The notes beneath the pieces are model-generated. The model did not search any database. It was not told the origin of the DNA and saw only the letters and a program-made list of their open reading frames with translations. A DNA stretch of 16,560 nt from Abditibacteriaceae bacterium (GTDB lineage Bacteria; Armatimonadota; Abditibacteriia; Abditibacteriales; Abditibacteriaceae): positions 1 to 16,560 of the forward strand of contig JANMKN010000269.1 of the NCBI GenBank assembly GCA_031372065.1, in the 5' to 3' direction. Both the position numbers and the translations under genes were made by a program. Positions 1-8,296 of the stretch are shown piece by piece (the first letter of the stretch is position 1; each line of letters opens with the position of its first letter).

Positions 1-1586
1 TGCGCTTCGAGCGCGCGACTTACAAATACCGCGACACCACCAAACTTTTTGAAATCACCGAAAAAGAAAACAAGCGCAGCGGCGAAGCCGTGGGCCTGAC
101 GCACGCCGACGGCTTGCTTTACATCGTGCGCGATAACGGCGAAATTCTCGTGCGCCGCGCGAATGATTTATCGCCCGTTCGCACCTTTACGGTGCCCGGC
201 GCCAAAGACCTTGCCGTCGCGCCGGGCGGCGCGCTGTGGATTCTGGCGAATGATTCCATCGCGCGCTATTCATCCGCCGGACAAAGTGAAAACGTGAGCC
301 TGCCCAACGTAGATAAAGCGGCGGCGCTTTCGTTCGATAATCACGGGCGGCTTCTCGTCTGCGACAACGGCGCGCGGCTGAACCAAGAACGTCAGCAAGT
401 GGTAATTTACGATGTGAAAAACGCGCCGCGCCGGGTGGGTGAGTTTGGCGGCGGCCTCTGGTCGTGGTCGGATGTGCCCAGCGCCAAACAGCCCGGCGCG
501 CTGACGCCACACAAACTATTTTCCCTCGCGGGCGCCGGAACAGATGCGGCGGGCAATTTATACATGGCGCTGTCGCGCGGCATGGCCGACGGACTGGTGC
601 TGCGCCAATTTAAGCCGGACGGCAAAGGCAACTGGAGCGCGCCAGGTTGGGAAGCGAGCGGCGTGCATTTCGTGGACAGCGTGGTGCCGATTCCCGGCAC
701 CGACGGCACGCAGGTTTATTCGCGTTCGCGGCGCATTACACTCGATTTCGACGCGCCGATAAGTGAAGGCTGGAAAGCAGTGGGGTATACCATTCCCACC
801 GATGCCACGGAACAAACCGACGCACGCCTCAAAGACCCGGCATATCATCCTGCGTTTATTCGCACTGTGCAAGGCCAGCAAATCATCTACATGACGCCGA
901 TGATGGCCGGCGCCATGCACTTTTACCGGCGCGCTGAAGGCGAGTTCCTGCGGTCTTTCGGCGTGTGGGACAAGCGCCTCGGCTGGGGCATTTTTCCTGA
1001 TGAAAAGGGCGACGTTTGGGAAGCGGGCGACAAGAAAATCCGCTGCACGCCGTTTGGTGGTTTCAGCGGATTAGGACAGATGAAATTCGGCGCGCCGCAA
1101 GAGTGGGACGCTCCGGCGCCGTTTAGCGATTTGCAGCGTGTGGTGTATTTGCCGCAAAGCGACACGCTACTTTTGGCAGGCTACACGCCCGACAAAAAAG
1201 AAGAAACGTGGGGCATCATCGGCAAAGTGATGATGAGCATTCCCAATTGGCGCAAAGGCAATCGCACACCCGCATGGATAATTGACGTGCCGCACGACTG
1301 GAAGCCGCAAAATGGGCCGCGCATCATCATGAAAACGCTGACGATAGAAGGCGATTACATCTTCATGGGTGGCGTGGAAACGCGCGCTCAGGTGTGGGCC
1401 TTCCGTCTGAGCGACGGCGCCTTCGTCGGCGTGATGAACCCCGGCCCCGAAATCAACGTGGAACACACCGGTTGGATTGACATGGTGGAGGCCATCAGCG
1501 CCACGCGCCGCGCCAACGGCGAATATGTGATTTACCTTGAAGAAGACTTGCGCAACAAAATTGTCGTCTTCCGCTGGAAGCCATGA
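1..1586 (+). CDS. 5'-partial beta-propeller (NHL/SMP-30-like repeat) protein of unknown function
   Basis: The frame is open from position 3 (RFERATYKYRDTTK...), so the GTG at 90 is internal. Blade-like motifs include DLAVAPGGALWI, LSFDNHGRLLVCD, GTDAAGNLYMA and IFPDEKGDVWEA. C-terminus is GWIDMVEAISATRRANGEYVIYLEED...FRWKP, with TGA at 1584-1586. Confidence 0.85.
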   Translation, partial: RFERATYKYRDTTKLFEITEKENKRSGEAVGLTHADGLLYIVRDNGEILVRRANDLSPVRTFTVPGAKDLAVAPGGALWILANDSIARYSSAGQSENVSLPNVDKAAALSFDNHGRLLVCDNGARLNQERQQVVIYDVKNAPRRVGEFGGGLWSWSDVPSAKQPGALTPHKLFSLAGAGTDAAGNLYMALSRGMADGLVLRQFKPDGKGNWSAPGWEASGVHFVDSVVPIPGTDGTQVYSRSRRITLDFDAPISEGWKAVGYTIPTDATEQTDARLKDPAYHPAFIRTVQGQQIIYMTPMMAGAMHFYRRAEGEFLRSFGVWDKRLGWGIFPDEKGDVWEAGDKKIRCTPFGGFSGLGQMKFGAPQEWDAPAPFSDLQRVVYLPQSDTLLLAGYTPDKKEETWGIIGKVMMSIPNWRKGNRTPAWIIDVPHDWKPQNGPRIIMKTLTIEGDYIFMGGVETRAQVWAFRLSDGAFVGVMNPGPEINVEHTGWIDMVEAISATRRANGEYVIYLEEDLRNKIVVFRWKP

Positions 1587-1625
1587 CAAAACACAGGCGG
1601 CATCACGCTAAACGCGCCCTGATTT

Positions 1626-2147
1626 TTACCAGTTGTAATAGCGATACGGCTCGTCGCCGGTGTCGAAGCCGTCGCGGTAATCGGGATGATAAAAGCCGAG
1701 TGGCGTGGGCGGCACGTCTTTCCAGCGCAGAAAAAGTTCGTCGTCGCGGCCCGTGAAACCGCCGCCGCCAAACCTGTCCCACACGCGAATCGTGATGACG
1801 TTCGGCCCGATTTTCACCAAGCGCGACGGCACCTGATAAACGCGCTTGATGTTCCACGCATTGGCGTCTTTGTCGCCGTATCCGCCCAACTTCTCGCCGT
1901 TGAAATAGGTTTCGTCGTTGTCATCAAGCGCGCCCAGCGACAGCACCAACTCCTTGCCCTGCCACGCGGCGGGAATCTTGACGACGCGGCGAAAAACGAA
2001 TTCGCCATCGGCGTTTTCCCACGCGCCGCCCAGCGTTTCACTGAGCGCCGGAGCCTTGAAATTCGTCCATTGAACCCCAGCGCTTTGCCCATTTAGCAAG
2101 GCTTTGGCGGCCTCGCTAAGTCCCGGATCGGCGTGGCCTTTGTCGGG
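1626..2147 (-). CDS. Frameshifted C-terminal part of the GH2-like gene: galactose-binding/beta-galactosidase jelly-roll module
   Basis: FRRVVKIPAAWQGKELVLSLGALDDNDETYFNGEKLG...RVYQVPSRLVKIGPNVITIRVWD is a jelly-roll sugar-binding motif. No credible start of its own; it joins the upstream ORF if one G of GGGG (2145-2148) is removed. Confidence 0.8.
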   Translation of the reverse strand, partial: PDKGHADPGLSEAAKALLNGQSAGVQWTNFKAPALSETLGGAWENADGEFVFRRVVKIPAAWQGKELVLSLGALDDNDETYFNGEKLGGYGDKDANAWNIKRVYQVPSRLVKIGPNVITIRVWDRFGGGGFTGRDDELFLRWKDVPPTPLGFYHPDYRDGFDTGDEPYRYYNW

Positions 2148-5100
2148 GCGAAGGCGCGGCGTCGCGGCGCTGAGTGATTGTGCCCTGCCACGTTGTGGCG
2201 AGCGAAATCTTGCTGTCATCGCGCGGCGGCGCCGGATGAAAAACGCGCGCATCAAGCTCAAACGCCGCGCCCAAATTGGCCGCTAATTGCGACAAAGCGC
2301 GCGTTTGGCGCCAGCGCGTGAAGCGCAAATAAGTTTTGTCGTCGGCGCGTAGCCATTGTGGGTCAATTTGCGCCCAAACGATTACGCCTTTGCCGACTAC
2401 GCGCCGCGCCAACTGTCCGCCTGCGCCGCTTTCAAGGTTGGGATTGGCTTTCACCAGCCAAGCTGTGCCGGCGTTGCGCCAGCGTAAATCGGAGGCGCTC
2501 AGACCGCGCGCTTCGGGCCAGTTTGGCACATCCAGCGCGCCGTTGAACTGCGTATTTTCTTCCAATGCCACGCCCAACGCGCCGCTGGCCCCAATTCGCG
2601 CCAAACACAAAACACGCCCGCCGCCACGCGCGAAAGTTTCGATTTCGTGCGGCGCGATGGTCGCATCGGCGCCTAAAACCAGCAGCGCCACGCCCGCTTC
2701 GATTTTGGTCGCCGTGCGAAACTGCACTCCCAGCGATTTCAACAATGCTTCGCCCGCCGCGCCGCCGTTGTAAAGCACTTGGCCGCGCGGCGCCAGCGGC
2801 GCGGTTTGCGCGTGCGCCAACAACTGCAAAGCCAATTTGAACGCCGCCGGGTCAAGCGCGTGGTCTTCCAAATCGAGTTGGCACCACGTTACGCGGCCCC
2901 GGCCAAAATCGAGTTCCATCAAGGGCGAATAGGCGCCGTCAAACTCGCATTCCAGAAGCGGGCGCCAGCCGGAGCGGTGCGGTTTTTCAATGGCCGCGCT
3001 GGAAACCGTGCCCCGTGTGCCCCAGCGCCAACCGACAAAAGGATAGCGCGTCGGCGCCTTCGTCACGTCCGGGCCGCTGCCGTTTTCGTAGTCGGGATAA
3101 GGCTCCAAAAGGGTGCTGTGTCCGCGCCAGTCGCGCATATCGTCGTCGTTCAAACCGGCTGTCACAGGATGATCTGCGGCCACGCGAAACACGCGCCGCG
3201 ATTGCAAATGCGACACGCGCCAGCCGATGTTTTCACGCAGCCAATGTGGGTTTTGCTCCATCACCAAAACGCGCCCGCCTTTTTGCGCGAAGGCTTCCAA
3301 GTTGCCGGGCAAAGCGGCGCTGCGCGAAAGCGATTCACGCCCGACCACCAATAGTTGCGGCGCGCTTTGTCCGTTCCAAACCTGCGTTTGGTAGCCGAGC
3401 GATTTCAAAAATGCCGTCGTTTTGCCAACCGGGTCTAAAACCAAAACGCTGCCTTTAGCCTGCGGCTGCGGACGATGCACGCGAAACGCAAAATTATCGC
3501 TGTGCCGGATGTTTCCGATAGTTGCGTCCAGCGTAATCTGCCCGTCGGCGAGGTCGGTGGCTGTGGGCGGCAGGGCGAATTCCAGAGGCTTGAAAAGGGT
3601 TTGCGCTACGCCCAACGTGCCGTTTTCGCGGCCCGCCGCGATTTGTTTGCCGCCTAAAACTGCGCGCCATGACAGCGCGAAGTTTTGCGTTTCGCGCGTG
3701 TCGTTGAGTAGCGCGACGGCTTTACGGAGGCGCTCACCCGGCGCGTAAAGATGGGTTTTGTCGGTAAATTCGCTTTGCGGGCCGCAAATCCACGCCAAAG
3801 TTGCGCTGTTGTTTTCGCGCAGAGCGCGGCCTGCCGGCGTTTCCTGCCCGCCGATTTCAGCGTAGCCGTTGTCCCACGGAATCATGCCGCCGGTGATGCC
3901 CCACGTTCGCCAACTGCGCCAGGTGTGGCGCGAAAACAATTCTTGCAGCGCCAAATAATTCGGCTGATTCGTCAATTTCTGGTTGGCGTGCCAGCCGCGA
4001 TATTGCTGCTCTTTTATAAATTGCGCCGCCATTTCCTGCCGATAAGCGGCGGTTTCGCCTTTGTAAGCCTCGCGCCCCTGATAAATCGCGCAGTATTCGG
4101 CGACGAACGGCTCGGTGGCCGTGGTGTTTCCGTAGCCATTGCGTCCGCGCATGAAACTCGAATACAATGGCGTGCCCCATTCGACGTAAAACAGCGGCAT
4201 ATCACCGGTTTTCGCGTAGTTCGACGGCCATTCTTCGCGCTCTTGCAGCGGGATGAAATTCAGGTAATTGTTGATCGTATAAACGTCGCCGTCCGGCCCG
4301 CCGTTGTGAATGAAAATCGGGCGCGTCGGGTCAATTTGGCGAATGGCTTCCACACCGGCGCGGGCGCGGCGTCCCATTGAAGCATCGCCTTTATCTTCAA
4401 GCTGTTGCGCGGCGCCGCGCCGTCCAACGTAGCGCGGATCAAGCGCGCCGCCTTTCATGTTGCCGGACGTGCCCCACATCACAATCGAAGGATGATTGCC
4501 GAACTTGCGCCGGTAGCGTTCGCACAAACGCGCAAAAGCCTCCAATTTTTCGGGCGTGTTGATGTCGTTGCCCATCCAGCCCATGTGCGGCATGATGCCG
4601 GTCAGCAGAAAGCCTTTTTCGTCGGCGATGTCGTGCCATTTGGCGAAGTCGGCGCGCTTGCCTCGCACTTCGTAATCTTCGGGCCACAGTTCGCCGATAT
4701 TGAAGCCGCGCGCCAGATATTTATCGAGCAATTCGGGGTTGGAATTCCAGCCGTCGGCAGCTAAAACGGGGCGCATCCGAAATTCTTTGCCGTTGAGAAA
4801 AAACTTCGTGCCCTGAGTCCAAAACTCGCGGAAACCAAAGCGCCCGGCCCATTCGTCGTCGAGATTGGCGCCGCGCACTTGCAGTTTCAAGGTGTAAAGA
4901 TTGGGCTGTCCCAAATCCCATAAACGCGGATTGGGCCAGTCGAAAACCGCTTTGAACCGCGATGAAGCCCCACGCACCGTTTGCCCAAATCGTTTTTCCT
5001 CCACGCCTTTTTCGTTTTCCAATGAGGCCACGAGTTGCAGGCTTTCAGGCTGTGCGCCGGAGAGTTCAACATCAAGCGTGAGCTTCTTTTGGCGAAAAGA

Positions 5101-6261
5101 CGGCTGAATAAAAACGTCGCTGATCCACGCGCCGCGCGGACGCGATTGCAAAGTCACGTCGCCGATTAAACCGCCGGTGGGCAGTTCGCTTTTGACGGTG
5201 TAGGTTTGGCCCGGTGCGCCGCCCATCAACACCAGCGTTTCTTTTTGATCGCTGGTAGCGACGACGAAAACGCGCAACTGCGCGCTTTGGCCGGGCACTA
5301 CGAAATCGGTAATGTCAACTTGTCCCCCCGGCCAGCTAACTTGTCCGGCTTTGCGCCCATTGACGAAGATTGTAGCATCGGTAGAAACGCGCTCGAAGTC
5401 GAGAATCACGGCGCGGTTCTGCCATGCGGCAGGAATCGAAATCGTGCGTTCATACCAAGCGCCGGCCAGCTTTTGGGGAATAAATCCCGTCCAATTCGAG
5501 CCTTTGCCGCGCGCGAGGAGGTCGCTTTCGCGCATCCACGAGCCGGGCACGATGATTTGCCCCCAGCCTTTTGCGGGCGCATCAGGGCCAAGCGCCGGCA
5601 CGAAACGCCACGCGCCGTTCAGCGATTGAGTGGCGCGGCGCGATGAAATTTCTGTAACGGGCAGCGCGGGCGAAGCGATAGCTGGCGCATCTTCGCCGGG
5701 CGCGCTACGCTCGATTTGTAGAGCCAATTGCTGCGCGCTTAAAGCCGAGCCGCGCACCACTAAATCATCGAGTTCGAAAACGCCTTTTGACCCCCACAAA
5801 CCGGGCTGAATCTGCAACTGCGTCGCTCCGGGCGGCACGTCGAGCAGAACGGTTTGCGTTGTCCAATCGCTATCTTTTTGCAACTGCGGCATTGGGGGAT
5901 AAGTGCCGGTCATTTGGTTTTGGTCGTCGAGAAACCTCAGCGCCACGCGCCCGCCGTGCCATTGTTCCGGCCCCTGCTGGAAGTTGGAAAGTTTCAATTT
6001 TGCCGAAAGTAGCAGGCTTTTCCATTGCGGATCGAGGCGCAGATTTTTTTCGGTCGTGGCGCCGTCGCCGAAGCGCACCCAGTTGTTGCCGCCTTCGCGC
6101 GGAAAAGTCGCGTTGACGCCGTTCCAGTTCCACCCGGCGGGTTTATTTTGCGCGTCGAACTGCTCAAAAGCGCCTTCCGGCAAAGCGTTGGGCGAAAGTT
6201 CCTGCGCTATGATGGGGCGCGCGACGAGGCAGGTAAAAAGAAAGAGAAGGCACAGTTTCAT
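2116..6261 (-). CDS. Secreted multidomain glycoside hydrolase family 2-like protein (frameshifted near 2146; about 1544 aa if repaired)
   Basis: Signal peptide MKLCLLFLFTCLVARPIIA and an N-terminal CBM-like domain (NALPEGAFEQ). GH2 sugar-binding motifs SLNGAWRF and WYERTISIP...LDFERVSTDATIFVNG, Ig-like PRLWDLGQPNLYTL and FGFREF...FFLNGK, TIM-barrel NHPSIVMW and PLFYVEWG. Two GGRVL trimerisation/GATase-like repeats follow. Confidence 0.88.
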   Translation of the reverse strand: MKLCLLFLFTCLVARPIIAQELSPNALPEGAFEQFDAQNKPAGWNWNGVNATFPREGGNNWVRFGDGATTEKNLRLDPQWKSLLLSAKLKLSNFQQGPEQWHGGRVALRFLDDQNQMTGTYPPMPQLQKDSDWTTQTVLLDVPPGATQLQIQPGLWGSKGVFELDDLVVRGSALSAQQLALQIERSAPGEDAPAIASPALPVTEISSRRATQSLNGAWRFVPALGPDAPAKGWGQIIVPGSWMRESDLLARGKGSNWTGFIPQKLAGAWYERTISIPAAWQNRAVILDFERVSTDATIFVNGRKAGQVSWPGGQVDITDFVVPGQSAQLRVFVVATSDQKETLVLMGGAPGQTYTVKSELPTGGLIGDVTLQSRPRGAWISDVFIQPSFRQKKLTLDVELSGAQPESLQLVASLENEKGVEEKRFGQTVRGASSRFKAVFDWPNPRLWDLGQPNLYTLKLQVRGANLDDEWAGRFGFREFWTQGTKFFLNGKEFRMRPVLAADGWNSNPELLDKYLARGFNIGELWPEDYEVRGKRADFAKWHDIADEKGFLLTGIMPHMGWMGNDINTPEKLEAFARLCERYRRKFGNHPSIVMWGTSGNMKGGALDPRYVGRRGAAQQLEDKGDASMGRRARAGVEAIRQIDPTRPIFIHNGGPDGDVYTINNYLNFIPLQEREEWPSNYAKTGDMPLFYVEWGTPLYSSFMRGRNGYGNTTATEPFVAEYCAIYQGREAYKGETAAYRQEMAAQFIKEQQYRGWHANQKLTNQPNYLALQELFSRHTWRSWRTWGITGGMIPWDNGYAEIGGQETPAGRALRENNSATLAWICGPQSEFTDKTHLYAPGERLRKAVALLNDTRETQNFALSWRAVLGGKQIAAGRENGTLGVAQTLFKPLEFALPPTATDLADGQITLDATIGNIRHSDNFAFRVHRPQPQAKGSVLVLDPVGKTTAFLKSLGYQTQVWNGQSAPQLLVVGRESLSRSAALPGNLEAFAQKGGRVLVMEQNPHWLRENIGWRVSHLQSRRVFRVAADHPVTAGLNDDDMRDWRGHSTLLEPYPDYENGSGPDVTKAPTRYPFVGWRWGTRGTVSSAAIEKPHRSGWRPLLECEFDGAYSPLMELDFGRGRVTWCQLDLEDHALDPAAFKLALQLLAHAQTAPLAPRGQVLYNGGAAGEALLKSLGVQFRTATKIEAGVALLVLGADATIAPHEIETFARGGGRVLCLARIGASGALGVALEENTQFNGALDVPNWPEARGLSASDLRWRNAGTAWLVKANPNLESGAGGQLARRVVGKGVIVWAQIDPQWLRADDKTYLRFTRWRQTRALSQLAANLGAAFELDARVFHPAPPRDDSKISLATTWQGTITQRRDAAPSPRQRPRRSGT

Positions 6262-6341
6262 GGCGCTCAGTTTTCACGGTTGCAAGCAGCACTGCCATAA
6301 TTCGCCGCCCGAATCCAGCGGTGAAGAAGCGGGATTTTGCC

Positions 6342-6542
6342 TTTAAAACCGTGCGCCTTCGTCTCGCAAGCGAAGCCGGTTCGCCCTGCCGCATCAAAAC
6401 CGAACTCGCAGATTTTTCCTGCACCGTGCCCTTCGAGCGTTGCGAAGGGGTTATTCTTCTCAACATCGTGGCTGGAAGCACCGCTGAAATCACTGTCACG
6501 AATTTGAACCGGCTCCCACCAACTTTACAGCAGGCAAGCTAA
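6342..6542 (+). pseudogene. Possible C-terminal remnant of a glycoside hydrolase (GH95-like beta-sandwich tail)
   Basis: FKTVRLRLASEAGSPCRIKT resembles, from memory, the 'vrikSlaGepcrl' tail of alpha-fucosidase-like enzymes. No convincing start. Confidence 0.3.
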
Positions 6543-6647
6543 CCGTGTGCCTTGAAAGGTCGCCTGCTCCACGCCCTGCGGAAAGTTCGCATCTGCGATA
6601 ACGTAGACTTCAAAATCATGCCCTCGCAACTGCGCCGCCAACTCGCT
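6525..6647 (-). pseudogene. 3'-terminal remnant (40 codons plus stop) of a flavin oxidoreductase; diverged copy of 8297-8419
   Basis: SELAAQLRGHDFEVYVIADANFPQGVEQATFQGTRLACLL* versus NDLAAQLRGHDFEVHVIGDANFPQGVEQATYQGARLGRLL*. By hand count 32/40 aa and about 100/123 nt are identical. Confidence 0.9.
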
Positions 6648-6651
6648 GAAG

Positions 6652-6696
6652 GGCGCCAACGGCATCGCGGCGCTGAGGTTTTGCGAGGTGCCAATT
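6652..6696 (+). repeat. 45-bp imperfect direct repeat, copy 1 (coding remnant GANGIAALRFCEVPI)
   Basis: ggcgccaacggcatcgcggcgctgaggttttgcgaggtgccaatt matches 8082-8126 at 38/45 nt. Confidence 0.85.
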
Positions 6697-6717
6697 CGGT
6701 AGTTTTTTTGGTTGCGA

Positions 6718-8022
6718 ATGGATTTTATGATCAAGAACTGGCAGGCCAATCGAGTTCCTCTTGAAAGTTGTCGCCGCATCATTATCAATCGCGATGGATT
6801 GATTTTTATTTTGCATGAGCCATATGCACAGCCTCCGCAGCTTTTGTGTTTCAACGTGAATGGCGAGTTGGTCTGGCAACGCGAAGTAGGCGGCACATAT
6901 TTCATAACGTGTTACAGCAAAGACGACCCGCCACGCGAAATTCGACTCCACGTTGGAGACCGAACTCTGCGAGCTGCCGACGACGGCACCGTTTGGCTGA
7001 GTTCAAGCGATGGATTGCAGGCGTTCAATTCCGCAGGCGAGGAGATAGAAACCTTGCCGTGGCCGCTCGAAACAAACGAGCAACTGGGCAGTTTTGTTTT
7101 GCTCTCCGATGGATTTTTAGCCCTGTTTCACCAAGATCGTTATCAGGGTGAATCTAATCCGACCGATTTGACGCCACGCTGCGTTTTTCTGCGACACGAT
7201 GGCACGATGAAGTGGCAAACGAAGTTGCCGATTGAAACCATCAGCCATCCGCGAGCAACTCATCAAGGCGTAAGCACCGGTTGGAAAAGCGAGGTCATGC
7301 CGCCGTGGAGACCTCGTTCTTGGAAAGCGGATTCCTATGTAAGAAATCCGTTGTTGGTTTGTGAAGACAGAATTTTAGCGACCTTTATCGAAATTTCCAG
7401 CGGCTTGGGCATTTCGTATCTGTTGGATTTGGTTACAGGTGCTTTGCTCTGGCAAACCGAGCCTCAATATCTGGGCTGGATGGCCGCTGCGGACGATGGA
7501 ACCTTTCTGGTGACTCACGACGGCGCGTTGCGACGAATCGCAAAAGAGGGCAGTATTTCGCAGGAATGGGCAGTCAATGGGGTTCCAGTGTTGACACCTG
7601 AGAGACACATTCATTTGAAGACACCTGTCGGTGGGAGAAGGCGGGAATTCACAGCCATTAATGGCTCAGGAAAAGCTCAAATGTGGGAATTGGAACATGA
7701 CTATGCATTTCCTTACATGGCACACAGTTCCGATGGCCGCACCGTTTTGTGGAGCAATGGAAAATTGCTGACTTTCAAAGATGGCACTTTTACTACGCGA
7801 TTAGAAGCTCCTGAATATTGCAGCGACTTCGTGCAAAGTCATATGCTGCTGCATCCATCGGGGGCGCTGATTTTTGCGTTGTCCGGTTATCCTCAAGGCG
7901 CGACAGAGTTGTGGCTGGTAGAAACGGATTTGGCACCTTTAGCCGACAGCCCGTGGCCTTGCGCCGACGGAAATCTGGCTGGTAATCCTGTTTATCAGCG
8001 TAAATCCACTGTCGAAGAGTAG
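6718..8022 (+). CDS. Hypothetical protein with PQQ/BamB-like beta-propeller repeats; lower GC, probably horizontally acquired
   Basis: 434-aa ORF (alternative starts 6712 and 6727). Repeats include LLCFNVNGELVWQRE, LRHDGTMKWQTKL and LLDLVTGALLWQT, with an SPWP...GN tail. Sampled 60-nt lines are 40-55% GC versus about 63% in the neighbouring oxidoreductase gene. Confidence 0.8.
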   Translation: MDFMIKNWQANRVPLESCRRIIINRDGLIFILHEPYAQPPQLLCFNVNGELVWQREVGGTYFITCYSKDDPPREIRLHVGDRTLRAADDGTVWLSSSDGLQAFNSAGEEIETLPWPLETNEQLGSFVLLSDGFLALFHQDRYQGESNPTDLTPRCVFLRHDGTMKWQTKLPIETISHPRATHQGVSTGWKSEVMPPWRPRSWKADSYVRNPLLVCEDRILATFIEISSGLGISYLLDLVTGALLWQTEPQYLGWMAAADDGTFLVTHDGALRRIAKEGSISQEWAVNGVPVLTPERHIHLKTPVGGRRREFTAINGSGKAQMWELEHDYAFPYMAHSSDGRTVLWSNGKLLTFKDGTFTTRLEAPEYCSDFVQSHMLLHPSGALIFALSGYPQGATELWLVETDLAPLADSPWPCADGNLAGNPVYQRKSTVEE

Positions 8023-8081
8023 TTGGTAGCCGAGTAAATCGCTGACTCCTGAATTGGAGACAATAATGCACGCTGCTCGTC

Positions 8082-8126
8082 GGCGCTAACGGTATCGCCG
8101 CGCTAACCTTTTGCGAGGTGCCGATT
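8082..8126 (+). repeat. 45-bp imperfect direct repeat, copy 2, within remnant TLLVGANGIAALTFCEVPIMGGKTGPVIPS* (ends 8162)
   Basis: ggcgctaacggtatcgccgcgctaaccttttgcgaggtgccgatt; 5 of the 6 codons that differ from copy 1 are synonymous in the + frame. Confidence 0.85.
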
Positions 8127-8296
8127 ATGGGCGGCAAAACCGGCCCCGTAATCCCATCCTGACATGAAACGAATCGGCTGTTGCAATCACCGACAACATC
8201 CGCTTTCAACGGCCTCGCTGCGCGCCGAGCGAATGGAGATGATATTAAGTTCAACTTCGGAGTTTGCAATCGTCATGGGAGCCGCTTTTTCCAAAT

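Noticed and set aside
1587..1625. Bidirectional terminator between the convergent genes
   Set aside because: Only a weak, bulged stem with a long loop; not supportable.
6525..6905. 126-aa minus-strand ORF as a real gene
   Set aside because: It is a composite of antisense sequence of the 6718 gene, antisense of repeat B', and the oxidoreductase tail.
7793..8269. 158-aa minus-strand ORF containing IGTSQKVSAAIPLAP
   Set aside because: Synonymous differences and codon usage favour the + frame (GANGIAALTFCEVPI) as the coding strand of the repeat.
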